Source: Phycisphaera mikurensis NBRC 102666 (lineage in GTDB: Bacteria; Planctomycetota; Phycisphaerae; Phycisphaerales; Phycisphaeraceae). From it: 32,000 bases of DNA. The stretch is taken from contig NC_017080.1 of NCBI RefSeq assembly GCF_000284115.1, positions 840,001 through 872,000 of the forward strand, written 5' to 3'. This document shows positions 9,787 to 17,930 of this stretch, piece by piece. A model generated the notes under the pieces. That model was not told the origin of the DNA. It did no database searches and saw only the letters and a list, made by a program, of their open reading frames with translations. Numbering within the stretch: position 1 is the first letter of the stretch; each line of letters opens with the position of its first letter. Position numbers and translations under genes: made by a program.

Positions 9787-9866
9787 GGCGTCGTGGAGGG
9801 GGGAGCGGCCGGGGAGGGGCCGCCGGGTTGTCGTTCGGGTCGGGGTTTGGGCCGGCGGCGGGGGCC

Positions 9867-10769
9867 TCAGCGGTGGCAGGTCGAGCAGGCCTGCATGTAG
9901 GCCTGGTTGTGGATCTGCATCTGCTTCTTCATCAGGTTGCCGATGAACAGCTGCTGCGCGTCGGCGTCGTCCTCCGCCACGGTGCCGGCTTCGACGGCCT
10001 GCCGCACGCGGGGGTCGTCGATCGGCTTCCAGACCATGCTGGTGACCTGGTCGGCGGGGCGGAGGTGCTCCTCCGGGGCCCGGTGGCACTCGATGCACCA
10101 GCTCATGGACAGGTTGCTCACCTGGTGGACGCCCTCCTCCCCCATCTGATCGACCCGGCCGTGGCAGGTCACGCAGGCGACGCCCTTGGTGACGTGCGCG
10201 GCGTGGTTGAAGTAGGCGTAGTCCGCGACGTCGTGGACTTTGATCCACTCGATCGGCTTGCCGCTCTGCACGCTGGCGTACACCGGGGCGAGCTTCGTGG
10301 AGTTGCTCTTGACGGCGAGGCCGCCCTTGAACCGCTCCTGCAGGCTCTCGTCGTTGCTGGCGCCGGCCCCGTGGCAGGCGACGCACGTCTGCGTCGGCGG
10401 GATCGCGGCGAACGCCGCGTTCTTCACCGTCGTGTGGCAGTAGGTGCAGTCCATGCCGAGCTGGCCGACGTGCAGCGCGTGGCTGTACGGCACGGGCTGC
10501 TCGGGCCGGTACAGGTTGTTGAGGTTGTTGGGGTTGAGGCCCAGGTAGGCCGCGGCCGGCACGTAGGTGGCGGCCCCGATCAGGCCGAGCACCATCAGCG
10601 GGAGCAGGTAGTTCGCCCAACGCGGGAACACGAAGGCCCGGTTTTCGGGTTCATGGTCCGGGGGGGAGGTCTCCGCCGGGGAGCCGCCGCCCGCGGGCGG
10701 CGTGGGGTGGGCACCGGCCGCGCCCGAGGGCGTGGGGTCCGGGTGCGGCTGTTGGGTTTCGTCGGCCAT
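9867..10769 (-). CDS. actA: Alternative complex III pentaheme cytochrome c subunit ActA
   Basis: 300 aa with five CXXCH motifs (CTYCH, CVACH, CVTCH, CIECH, CSTCH) and an N-terminal TM (YLLPLMVLGLIGAATY). Confidence 0.93.
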   Translation of the reverse strand: MADETQQPHPDPTPSGAAGAHPTPPAGGGSPAETSPPDHEPENRAFVFPRWANYLLPLMVLGLIGAATYVPAAAYLGLNPNNLNNLYRPEQPVPYSHALHVGQLGMDCTYCHTTVKNAAFAAIPPTQTCVACHGAGASNDESLQERFKGGLAVKSNSTKLAPVYASVQSGKPIEWIKVHDVADYAYFNHAAHVTKGVACVTCHGRVDQMGEEGVHQVSNLSMSWCIECHRAPEEHLRPADQVTSMVWKPIDDPRVRQAVEAGTVAEDDADAQQLFIGNLMKKQMQIHNQAYMQACSTCHR

Positions 10770-10974
10770 CGTCAGGTGCCGGCCGTGGCCGGAGAGGCTC
10801 CGCGGGGTGCACGCGGAGCGGTTCGGAGCAATCGGAGAGCGGGTCGCGGACCAGCGTACGGGAGGAGCGGCCGATCCGCAGGAGGGGGATCGGGCGCCTC
10901 TGAGATCGGGCGTTTTGGGGTGGCCCGTGCACCCGCGCCGGCGGCCGGGTGGAGGTTAGGCACCGCCGCCGATC

Positions 10975-11020
10975 CCGCGGACCGTTGCCGCTTTCTTGCG
11001 GAAACGGCCGCGGTCCGCGG
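10975..11020. repeat. Dispersed 46-bp inverted repeat, copy C
   Basis: CCGCGGACCG (10975-10984), N26, CGGTCCGCGG (11011-11020); between the stop of the 4-TM gene and actA. Confidence 0.9.
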
Positions 11021-11041
11021 GCCGAGCGGCGCCGGGGCCGC

Positions 11042-11476
11042 TCACGCCGCCGCGCCCACGGCGTTTCCGCTGGGCCGCAGGGCCAGCAGGGCCATCGTGA
11101 GCAGGCCCGCGAGCAGGCCGCCGGGGAGGAAGGCGTCCGCCACCATCGCCGCGATGCACGCGAGCACCACGCCCACCTCCAGCACCGCCCACACCAGCAT
11201 CAGCCCCCGGCGGTAGCCCTCCGCGTCGGCCGGCTTCTTCTGCCAGGGAGCGACCAGGACCCCGCTCTTGAGCACCAGCGCCGCGGGCACCAACACGAAC
11301 GCCCACACGATCGCCGGGAGCAGCAGCCACGCCGCCGCGCCCGCGCCGCCTCCGGGCGCGCCGGCGGTGTCGACCACCGCGGCGGAGACCGTCGCCACGG
11401 CTCCCGCGCAGAAGGCGTTCCACGCCCACCAGGCCCGGGTGATCTCGCCACGTGCTTCTCGGGGTGGGGTCGGCAT
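11042..11476 (-). CDS. Small 4-TM membrane protein of unknown function
   Basis: ATG at 11476 (MPTPPREARGEITRAWWAWNAFCAGAVATVSAAVV...); 144 aa. The longer track ORF to 12736 is a read-through of the frame into panB antisense space. Confidence 0.75.
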   Translation of the reverse strand: MPTPPREARGEITRAWWAWNAFCAGAVATVSAAVVDTAGAPGGGAGAAAWLLLPAIVWAFVLVPAALVLKSGVLVAPWQKKPADAEGYRRGLMLVWAVLEVGVVLACIAAMVADAFLPGGLLAGLLTMALLALRPSGNAVGAAA

Positions 11477-11709
11477 GGCCGCGAGAATAAGCCGCGTCGG
11501 GGGCCTCGCGACGGCGTCTCCACCGCGAGCGCGACGCCGGAGGCCGGGCGGGCGGTCCAGCCGCCGGCTCGCTCCACGGTGTCGGTGGAGCCGGGCCGGC
11601 GTGATCCGCTTGGTCGGCGGTGCTCGATCCGGCGGCGGGAGGGGGGGAAGGGAAGGGGTGGGCAGGGCGGTGCCCACCGCGGCAAAGAAGCTCCGCGGGC
11701 CCGCCCGCT

Positions 11710-12555
11710 TCAGGCTTCCCGCTTCGCGTAGGGCCCGCCGTCCCGGAGCACCTCGCCGGCTCCCACGGCCTGCACCCAGCGGCGGGCGGCGTCGGCGAGG
11801 GCGTCGCCGCCTCTGGCGATCGGCTTCACGAAGGAGGGCTGGCGGTCGGTGAGGCCCAGCAGGTCGTGGAGCACGACCACCTGGCCGTGGACGCCGGGCG
11901 CGTCCTCGGTGATGCTCGGTCCGGCTCCGCAGCCGATCACCGGGATCGACACGGCCCCGACCACCGCCGCGGCGGCCTCGGCGGTGGCCTGCTCGACGAG
12001 CAGCATCGCCGCGCCGGCACGCTCCAGCGCGGCGGCGAGCTTGGCCATCTCCTGGATTCTCGCATCCGTCCGCCCCGCGACGACCGGGACGCCGGTCCGC
12101 CCGGTCCGCTGCGGACCCCAGCCGATGTGCGCGACGACGGGGATGTTCGCCCGGTCCAGCTTGGCCACGAGGTCGACGTGGCGGTGATCGACTTCCAGCT
12201 TCACGGCGTCGGCCATGCCCTCGGTGAGGAAGCGGCCGGCGTTGCGGACGGCCTCGGCGTCGTCGGCCTGGTAGCTGAGGAAGGGCATGTCGCCCATGAG
12301 GAAGGCGTTGGGGGCGCCGCGCCGCACCGCCGCGGTGATCGCGAGCATGAAGCCCAGGCCGGCGTGGACGGTGTCCTCGAAGCCGAGCACCATGCTGCCG
12401 GCGGTGTCGCCGACGAGCAGCACATCGAGGCCGCCTCGGGCGAGCCACCGCGCCGTCGTCGCGTCGTAGCAGGTGAGCATCGCGAAGGGCCGCCGGTCGC
12501 GGGCCCGGTGGCGGAGGTCGCGGAGGGTGGTGCGGGCGGATCCGGGCGGGCTCAT
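11710..12555 (-). CDS. panB: 3-methyl-2-oxobutanoate hydroxymethyltransferase (divergent PanB)
   Basis: 281 aa; RPFAMLTCYDATTARWLARGGLDVLLVGDTAGSMVLGFEDTVHAGLGFMLAITAAVRRGAPNAFLMGDMPFLSY and IPVIGCGAGPSI...GQVVVLHDLLGL. Confidence 0.88.
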   Translation of the reverse strand: MSPPGSARTTLRDLRHRARDRRPFAMLTCYDATTARWLARGGLDVLLVGDTAGSMVLGFEDTVHAGLGFMLAITAAVRRGAPNAFLMGDMPFLSYQADDAEAVRNAGRFLTEGMADAVKLEVDHRHVDLVAKLDRANIPVVAHIGWGPQRTGRTGVPVVAGRTDARIQEMAKLAAALERAGAAMLLVEQATAEAAAAVVGAVSIPVIGCGAGPSITEDAPGVHGQVVVLHDLLGLTDRQPSFVKPIARGGDALADAARRWVQAVGAGEVLRDGGPYAKREA

Positions 12556-12575
12556 GGCGAAGGTGTAGCCGGGAT

Positions 12576-12621
12576 CCGCGGACCGCGGCCGCCTCGGGCC
12601 GATAACGGCGACGGTCCGCGG
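12576..12621. repeat. Dispersed 46-bp inverted repeat, copy D
   Basis: CCGCGGACCG (12576-12585), N26, CGGTCCGCGG (12612-12621); in the 86-bp divergent gap between panB and the GH130-like gene. Confidence 0.9.
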
Positions 12622-12641
12622 AATCGCGGGCGATCGAACCG

Positions 12642-14264
12642 ATGCCCCCCGGCGGCCGCATTTCTACCGTCTGCGGCGCCCGCACGACCGCCGCCGAAGG
12701 GATCCCGCTTTTGTCCGAGACCGCGACCGCACCCACGCACCCGCCCGCCGCCGCCGCTGGAGGATCGACGCCGGTCCGCGTCGACCGCTACCCCTCCCGC
12801 TTCCAGGCGGACGACAAGCGGGTCATCGCCCGGTACTTCAACGTTGGCGGCGCCGAGCGGATCCGCCGCGTCGGGGAGCGGGTCGCCGGGATGACCGACC
12901 GCGAGGTCGCCGACCTGCTCACGCTCACCATCGAGCGCTTCGGCGACCGCCACCGCCGGGTCGAGAAGAGCTTCGAGCGGCACTTCGAGCGCGCCAAGCC
13001 GGACCTCTTGGACCCCGATGCGCTCAGCAACGAGCGCAAGCTGCTGCTGGGCTCGTACTTCACGATGGAGTACGCGATCGAGGCGGCGGCGCTCTTCAAC
13101 CCCTCGATCGTCCCGCACCCCGACCAGAGCGGGGTCGAAGACGGCGGGCTCCGCTTCATCATGAGCCTGCGGGCCACCGGGGAGGGCCACGTCTCCTCAA
13201 TCGTGTTCCGCACCGGCGGCGTCTCCGGCGACGGGAAGGTGAGCTTCGATCCCTCCAGCCGGCTGGTGGCGAAGATGCGGGTGGCGCAGGACCAGACCTT
13301 TGAGAAGAAGCTCTTCTTCCAGAAGCTCATCGAGATGGGCGCGTACACCGAGGCCGCCAAGCCGGCATTGGACGCGCTGCCCGCGGAGTTCCACGACGAG
13401 CAGCTCGAGGCGACGCTCGACCGCGTCGCGGGCCGGGAGGACCTGCCCGAGGGCTACGCGGAGGCCGCCGAGCAGATGCGGTGGCTGGCCCACAGCAACT
13501 ACACGCTGAAGATCCCCGAGGAGAGCGGACCCGACGAGATCGTCATCTTCCCCACCAGCGAGAACGAGAGCCGCGGCATCGAGGACGTCCGCTTCACGGC
13601 GTTCACCGACGACGACGGGGAGGTCACCTACTACGGCACGTACACCGCGTACAACGGCTTCCGCATCCTGCCGCAGCTGCTCGAGACCAAGGACTTCCAC
13701 ACCTTCGGGATCCACACGCTCAACGGCCGCTACGTCCAGAACAAGGGCATGGCGCTGTTCCCGCGGAAGATCAACGGCCGCTACATGATGATCTCGCGCC
13801 TCGACGGCGAGAACATGTTCATCATGAACAGCGACAACCCGCGGTTCTGGAACCGGGCCCAGAAGCTCTGCGGCCCGATGTACCCCTGGGAGTTCGTGCA
13901 GATCGGCAACTGCGGCCCGCCGATCGAGACCCCCGCCGGCTGGCTGCTGCTCACCCACGGCGTCGGCCCGGTCCGCCGCTACTGCATCGGCGCTTGCCTG
14001 CTGGACCTCGACGACCCCAGCCGGGTGATCGGCCACCTCGACCGCCCGCTGCTCGAGCCGCAGGAGGACGAGCGCGACGGCTACGTGCCCAACGTCGTGT
14101 ACTCGTGCGGGGCCCTGGTCCACAACGACACGCTGGTGCTGCCCTACGCCGTGAGCGACTCGGCGTCGACGGTGGCCACGCTGTCGATGACCGAGCTGCT
14201 GAACCAGCTGACCAAGCACTCCCGCAGCTGCCCGCTCCCGGACCGCCGCATGGACGGGCGGTGA
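12642..14264 (+). CDS. GH130-family-like glycoside phosphorylase/hydrolase
   Basis: 540 aa; GIEDVRFTAFTDDDGEVTYYGTYTAYNG..., NKGMALFPRKINGRYMMISRLDGEN, GNCGPPIETPAGWLLLTHGVGPVRRYCIGACLLDLDDPSRVIG. These are GH130/COG2152-like motifs. Start codon uncertain. Confidence 0.8.
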   Translation: MPPGGRISTVCGARTTAAEGIPLLSETATAPTHPPAAAAGGSTPVRVDRYPSRFQADDKRVIARYFNVGGAERIRRVGERVAGMTDREVADLLTLTIERFGDRHRRVEKSFERHFERAKPDLLDPDALSNERKLLLGSYFTMEYAIEAAALFNPSIVPHPDQSGVEDGGLRFIMSLRATGEGHVSSIVFRTGGVSGDGKVSFDPSSRLVAKMRVAQDQTFEKKLFFQKLIEMGAYTEAAKPALDALPAEFHDEQLEATLDRVAGREDLPEGYAEAAEQMRWLAHSNYTLKIPEESGPDEIVIFPTSENESRGIEDVRFTAFTDDDGEVTYYGTYTAYNGFRILPQLLETKDFHTFGIHTLNGRYVQNKGMALFPRKINGRYMMISRLDGENMFIMNSDNPRFWNRAQKLCGPMYPWEFVQIGNCGPPIETPAGWLLLTHGVGPVRRYCIGACLLDLDDPSRVIGHLDRPLLEPQEDERDGYVPNVVYSCGALVHNDTLVLPYAVSDSASTVATLSMTELLNQLTKHSRSCPLPDRRMDGR

Positions 14265-14314
14265 CGGCCCCCGCGGGCCGCTGCCGGGACCGGGACCGGG
14301 ATCGGACCCGTCGC

Positions 14315-14345
14315 CGACCGCCGGGACCGGCGGCTCCGGCGGTCG
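14315..14345. terminator. Probable bidirectional hairpin terminator between convergent genes
   Basis: Perfect 10-bp stem CGACCGCCGG (14315-14324) / CCGGCGGTCG (14336-14345) with an 11-nt loop, lying between the stops of the GH130-like gene (14264) and the minus-strand kinase-like gene (14352). No T-tract. Confidence 0.5.
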
Positions 14346-14351
14346 CGGCGA

Positions 14352-15296
14352 TCACGCGCCCGCGGGCACCCGCATCCGCAAGGCTCCGGGCTCGGCGGTC
14401 ACCTCCAGCCGGTCCGCCTCGGAGGACTCGCCGTCGGCGTTCAGCGGCAGCGGCGCCTCGCTCTCGACGCGGAGCTCGGTGAGCGAGGCGGCGACCAGCG
14501 GGCGGGGCGGCCAGGCCCGCGGGTCGGCGTCGGGGGCGTCGCCGCCGGGCCGGCGGAGGCGGCGGCTGAGGGCGACGCGTTGCGTCAGCCGCAGGTCCGG
14601 GAGGATGAGCACCTCGAAGCGGCCGCTGGCGAGGCGGGCGGCGGGGGCGACGCGGAAGCCGCCGCCGGTGAAGCGGCCGTTGCTGGCGACGACGCCGAGC
14701 GCGTCGCCGCGCCAGGCGAAGCGCGAGCCGTCCGGCCCGCGGCCGGTGACGCGGACCGGCGTGGCTCCGACGACCGCCGCCCGGGCGGCGCCCCAGGCGG
14801 TGTAGGCGGCTCCGCCGGCGAGAGCCTTCACCGCGTCGGGCGTGGAGGCCGACGTGCCGGCGATGGCGCCGAACGAGATGGCGTTGACGGCCCGCCGCGG
14901 CTCGCCCGCGGGCCGCGGCACGCGGAGCACGTCGATGCTCCGCGCCGGCCAGCCGAGCACGCGGGCGAGGGCGTCTTCGGGCGCGGCGTCGTCGGTGCCG
15001 AGGTGGCGGGCGAAGTCGTTGCCGGTGCCGTTGGGCACGAGGCCGATCTCGCAGTCCGCGCCCGTCTCCAGCACCGCGTTCGCCGCGAGGTGCAGCGAGC
15101 CGTCGCCGCCGAAGGTGACCAGGAGGTCGGCCCAGGCGGCTTCCTCGCGCAGCTCGGCCTCCGGGTCGTCGCCCACGGCGTGGCGGCGGACCTCCGCGCA
15201 GCCGCGGACCGCGGCGTCCAGGGCGTCATCGCGCACGCAGTCCGCGGATCCGAAGAGAACGAGGCGGCCCGGGCTCGGGGGTGGGCTGTCCTTCAC
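14352..15296 (-). CDS. Diacylglycerol/lipid kinase-like protein (DAGK catalytic domain)
   Basis: From a GTG at 15296: VKDSPPPSPGRLVLFGSADC...LLVTFGGDGSLHLAANAVLE...IGLVPNGTGNDFARHL...; GGDGS and NGTGNDFAR are hallmark motifs. The track ORF is extended upstream antisense to other genes. Confidence 0.85.
   Translation of the reverse strand: MKDSPPPSPGRLVLFGSADCVRDDALDAAVRGCAEVRRHAVGDDPEAELREEAAWADLLVTFGGDGSLHLAANAVLETGADCEIGLVPNGTGNDFARHLGTDDAAPEDALARVLGWPARSIDVLRVPRPAGEPRRAVNAISFGAIAGTSASTPDAVKALAGGAAYTAWGAARAAVVGATPVRVTGRGPDGSRFAWRGDALGVVASNGRFTGGGFRVAPAARLASGRFEVLILPDLRLTQRVALSRRLRRPGGDAPDADPRAWPPRPLVAASLTELRVESEAPLPLNADGESSEADRLEVTAEPGALRMRVPAGA
15202..15247. repeat. Dispersed 46-bp inverted repeat, copy F (one mismatch)
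   Basis: CCGCGGACCG (15202-15211), N26, CAGTCCGCGG (15238-15247); inside the 5' coding region of the DAGK-like gene. Confidence 0.72.
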
Positions 15297-15335
15297 GCGC
15301 GCCGGGACGCTACGCCCGGCCGGTAGCCTCGGCGG

Positions 15336-15845
15336 ATGCTCGCGGAGACGGACCTGCCGACGCTGCTCGCGGATCTGCGGCCGCGCCTGCACGGCGGCGC
15401 TTTCTGCTTCGTCGCCGCGGAGGACGCGGCGGGCCTGGACGCCGCGGCTTCGGTGCGGGAGGCGGAGGGCTGGTCGTGGCTGGTCCCGGTCGCCCGGGCC
15501 GAGGCGGCGGGCTTGCCCTTCGACGGCCGGTTCCGCTGGATCACGCTGGAGGTGCACTCCGCCCTGGGAGCCGTCGGCCTCACGGCCGCCGTGGCGACGC
15601 GGCTGGCGGCCGCGGGCATCGCCGCGAACGTCATCGCCGGCCGCCTCCACGACCACGTGCTCGTGCCCGAAGCGCGGGCGGAAGAGGCGGCGGCGCTGCT
15701 GGAGCCCGCTCAGCCGCCCGGCGGCCAGGCGATCCAGTCGCCGTCGACGGCCTCTTCGGGCGGGGCGAAAGCGGCGCGGTTGCCGCCGGCCTCCTCGGTC
15801 GGCAGGACGCCGCCGTCGTCGTCGCCGTCGGCGCCGAGGCCGTAG
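15336..15845 (+). CDS. ACT-domain protein (ACT_7/DUF2241-like)
   Basis: 169 aa; REAEGWSWLVPVARAEAAGLPFDGRFRWITLEVHSALGAVGLTAAVATRLAAAGIAANVIAGRLHDHVLVPEARAEEAAALL matches the family pattern. The tail after about 15704 overlaps the convergent gene. Confidence 0.83.
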   Translation: MLAETDLPTLLADLRPRLHGGAFCFVAAEDAAGLDAAASVREAEGWSWLVPVARAEAAGLPFDGRFRWITLEVHSALGAVGLTAAVATRLAAAGIAANVIAGRLHDHVLVPEARAEEAAALLEPAQPPGGQAIQSPSTASSGGAKAARLPPASSVGRTPPSSSPSAPRP

Positions 15846-17494
15846 ATCACCGGCCGGCCGTCGCGGATCGTCCACCGCATCGGCGTGCCGTGCAGCGGGT
15901 CGAGCGGGATCTCGTGGAGGTACGCGGGCACCAGCTTGGCGTAGCCGGTGGAAGGTTCCGGAAAGCTCCCGGTGGCGAGGCGGTGGCGGTGGAGGGCGAG
16001 GGCGAGGAGGGCGGCGTCGCGGCGGGCGTCGCTCTCGAAGGCATCGCGGCGGGTCGCATCGAGGGCCGGGAGCAGCTGGGTCACCATGCCGTAGCGCATC
16101 GCTCCGAGGGGGCCGTCGACCGCCGCGTCGAGGGCCGCCGGCGTGGGCAGTTCCCACGCCTGGTGCAGGGGGACGCGGAAGCCGGCCGCGGCCGCGTCCA
16201 TGGCATCCCGGTGCACCGCGGCAAGATCGGAGCGGGAGGCCGAAACCAGCAGCGCCAGCGGCAGCAGGGAGGCTTCCACCGGGTTGCTGTCGGTGACGCC
16301 GGATCCGGGCAGCGAGCCTGCCGCACCGAGCATCGTCGCGAAACCGCGGACGCCCTCGGGGGTGATCCGGCCGCCGCCGCGGCCGTCGTCGGTGAACATC
16401 CGCTGGAGCAGGTCCTCGAATATCAGCCGCTCGCCGAGCAGGGCCTCGTCTGTCACCGGCCTCGGGCGGTCGCGGACCCTTTCCTGGAGGCGCCGCAGCT
16501 CGAAGCGGCTGAACAGCTCTGGATCCAGCGTGAGGGCCTCGGCCAGCAGCCCATCCGCCTTGGCCTGCACGCTCGAGGCGACCAGTGCGTTGATCAGCGT
16601 CGGGTGCTCCAGCGCCCAGTTGGCCAGGCGGAGCAGGCCCGCAGAGGCGGCCGCGGTTCCCGCGGCGTCGCCCGCCGCGGCGGCGTGGACGCCCCGGGCC
16701 CGCAGCACCCCGGCGGCGTTGCGGAGCTGGTGGAGGTGGTCGAGGCGGACCTCCATGAGCGACGACAGCGGAGCGACGCCGCCTGCGGCGTCCGCATCGC
16801 CGGGCGGACGCGCGAGCGAGGCCTCCCATCCCAATGCGGGCCGGGCGAGCGCCGCGTCGAGCGTGTCGAGCGGGTCCGCGTGCTCGTTGAGGAAGCCGAT
16901 CAGCGACGGCCACGCCGAGTCGCCGGGGCTCGCGTCCAGCGGCGGCCCGCCGCGCGTCGGAAGGTCCAGATTGCTCATGGCTTCCTGCAGCAGCGGCCAC
17001 GCCCGCTCCCGGTCCGGCACCGCCGCCGCGACCGCGTTGAGCCGGGCGAGGTGGTCGACGCTCACCCGCGGCTCGCCGCTGTAGAAGCGGATCGCGAGGA
17101 CGGCGTAGAAGACGGCGAAGGCCCCGAGGGCCCACCAGACGCAGGTCTTGAGCTTCGAGAGAAAACCGCGGTTGCGCTTCTTCGCGCGGCGGATGAGCTT
17201 CGCGGCGACGGCGGGGTCGCCGAAATCGTGTTGCGCCTCGGCGGGGTTTACACCTTGCCGGTCGGCGTCGTGGAAGTGGGCGATCAGCTCGTCGGCGACG
17301 GCGAGCTTCTCCTTGGGGCGGAGCTTCGTCGCTCGCACGGTCGCGAGGACGAGGTCGCGGCTGGCGGTGGCCAGGCCGGAGGCTTCGACGCGGCGGGTCC
17401 ACTCCGATCGGCGGAAGAATCCGCGGACCGTGGCGGATTCGGGCTGATTCGCCTCGCGGTCCGCGGGTTCTTCGGCGGGGGTGTCGGCGCTCAC
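15710..17494 (-). CDS. Membrane protein with HAAS-like N-terminus, one central TM and a pseudopilin/GspG-like C-terminal segment
   Basis: GTG start at 17494 overlapping the PadR stop (GTGA). KEKLAVADELIAHFHDADRQGVNPAEAQHDFGDPAVAAKLIR, then CVWWALGAFAVFYAVLAIRF, and a C-terminal ...HRHRLATGSFPE...VPAYLHEIPLDPLHGTPMRWTIRDGRPVIYGLGADGDDDGG. Confidence 0.8.
   Translation of the reverse strand: MSADTPAEEPADREANQPESATVRGFFRRSEWTRRVEASGLATASRDLVLATVRATKLRPKEKLAVADELIAHFHDADRQGVNPAEAQHDFGDPAVAAKLIRRAKKRNRGFLSKLKTCVWWALGAFAVFYAVLAIRFYSGEPRVSVDHLARLNAVAAAVPDRERAWPLLQEAMSNLDLPTRGGPPLDASPGDSAWPSLIGFLNEHADPLDTLDAALARPALGWEASLARPPGDADAAGGVAPLSSLMEVRLDHLHQLRNAAGVLRARGVHAAAAGDAAGTAAASAGLLRLANWALEHPTLINALVASSVQAKADGLLAEALTLDPELFSRFELRRLQERVRDRPRPVTDEALLGERLIFEDLLQRMFTDDGRGGGRITPEGVRGFATMLGAAGSLPGSGVTDSNPVEASLLPLALLVSASRSDLAAVHRDAMDAAAAGFRVPLHQAWELPTPAALDAAVDGPLGAMRYGMVTQLLPALDATRRDAFESDARRDAALLALALHRHRLATGSFPEPSTGYAKLVPAYLHEIPLDPLHGTPMRWTIRDGRPVIYGLGADGDDDGGVLPTEEAGGNRAAFAPPEEAVDGDWIAWPPGG
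17421..17466. repeat. Dispersed 46-bp inverted repeat, copy E
   Basis: CCGCGGACCG (17421-17430), N26, CGGTCCGCGG (17457-17466); perfect arms within codons about 10-25 of the membrane protein gene. Confidence 0.88.
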
Positions 17495-17838
17495 GCCGCA
17501 CCTCCGGGTCGGGGGCCCGTGACGCCGAGCGCCGCCATCGCGGCGGTCACGGTCTCCCACTGCTTCTGCTGCTTGGCCAGTTCCCGCTTGCCTCTGGCGG
17601 TGAGGCGGTAGTAGCGGCGGGGCCGAGTGCCGGCGGTGTCGGTGCGGCCGGCGATGAGCTTCTTTGCCTCGAGGTTGTAGAGCAGCGGGTAGAGCGTGCT
17701 CTGGCCCATCGTGAGCAGGCCCTCGCTCTGGTTCGCCAGCCGCTGGACCAGCTCGTAGCCGTAGCGCTCGCCGGGCTCCAGCAGCTTCAAGACGGCGGCG
17801 GGGCCGGCGCCCCGCATCAACTCGCGTTCGATTCTCAT
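17491..17838 (-). CDS. PadR-family transcriptional regulator
   Basis: MRIERELMRGAGPAAVLKLLEPGERYGYELVQRLANQSEGLLTMGQSTLYPLLYNLEAKKLIAGRTDTAGTRPRRYYRLTARGKRELAKQ is a PadR winged helix. ATG at 17838 preferred over TTG at 17856. Confidence 0.92.
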   Translation of the reverse strand: MRIERELMRGAGPAAVLKLLEPGERYGYELVQRLANQSEGLLTMGQSTLYPLLYNLEAKKLIAGRTDTAGTRPRRYYRLTARGKRELAKQQKQWETVTAAMAALGVTGPRPGGAA

Positions 17839-17850
17839 GGCTGCATCCGG

Positions 17851-17865
17851 TGACAAGGTATGTCA
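17851..17865. promoter_or_regulatory. Candidate PadR autoregulatory operator
   Basis: Inverted repeat TGACA-AGGTA-TGTCA, 13 bp upstream of the proposed padR ATG. Confidence 0.45.
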
Positions 17866-17930
17866 AGCATAGCATGAGCCCCGGCCCGCGTCGGCCGCGT
17901 CGCGACGCGACGCGCCTTGCGTGGCGGGGC

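Noticed and set aside
6037-9900. 1287-aa plus-strand ORF
   Set aside because: Antisense to ActB, which has convincing Fe-S and MopB-like motifs.
11477-12736. N-terminal half of the 564-aa minus-strand ORF
   Set aside because: Out-of-frame overlap with panB; the plausible membrane protein begins at ATG 11476.
14280-14310. Short GGGACC(G) tandem run
   Set aside because: Only a few imperfect units between convergent genes; simple-sequence noise beside a better-supported hairpin.
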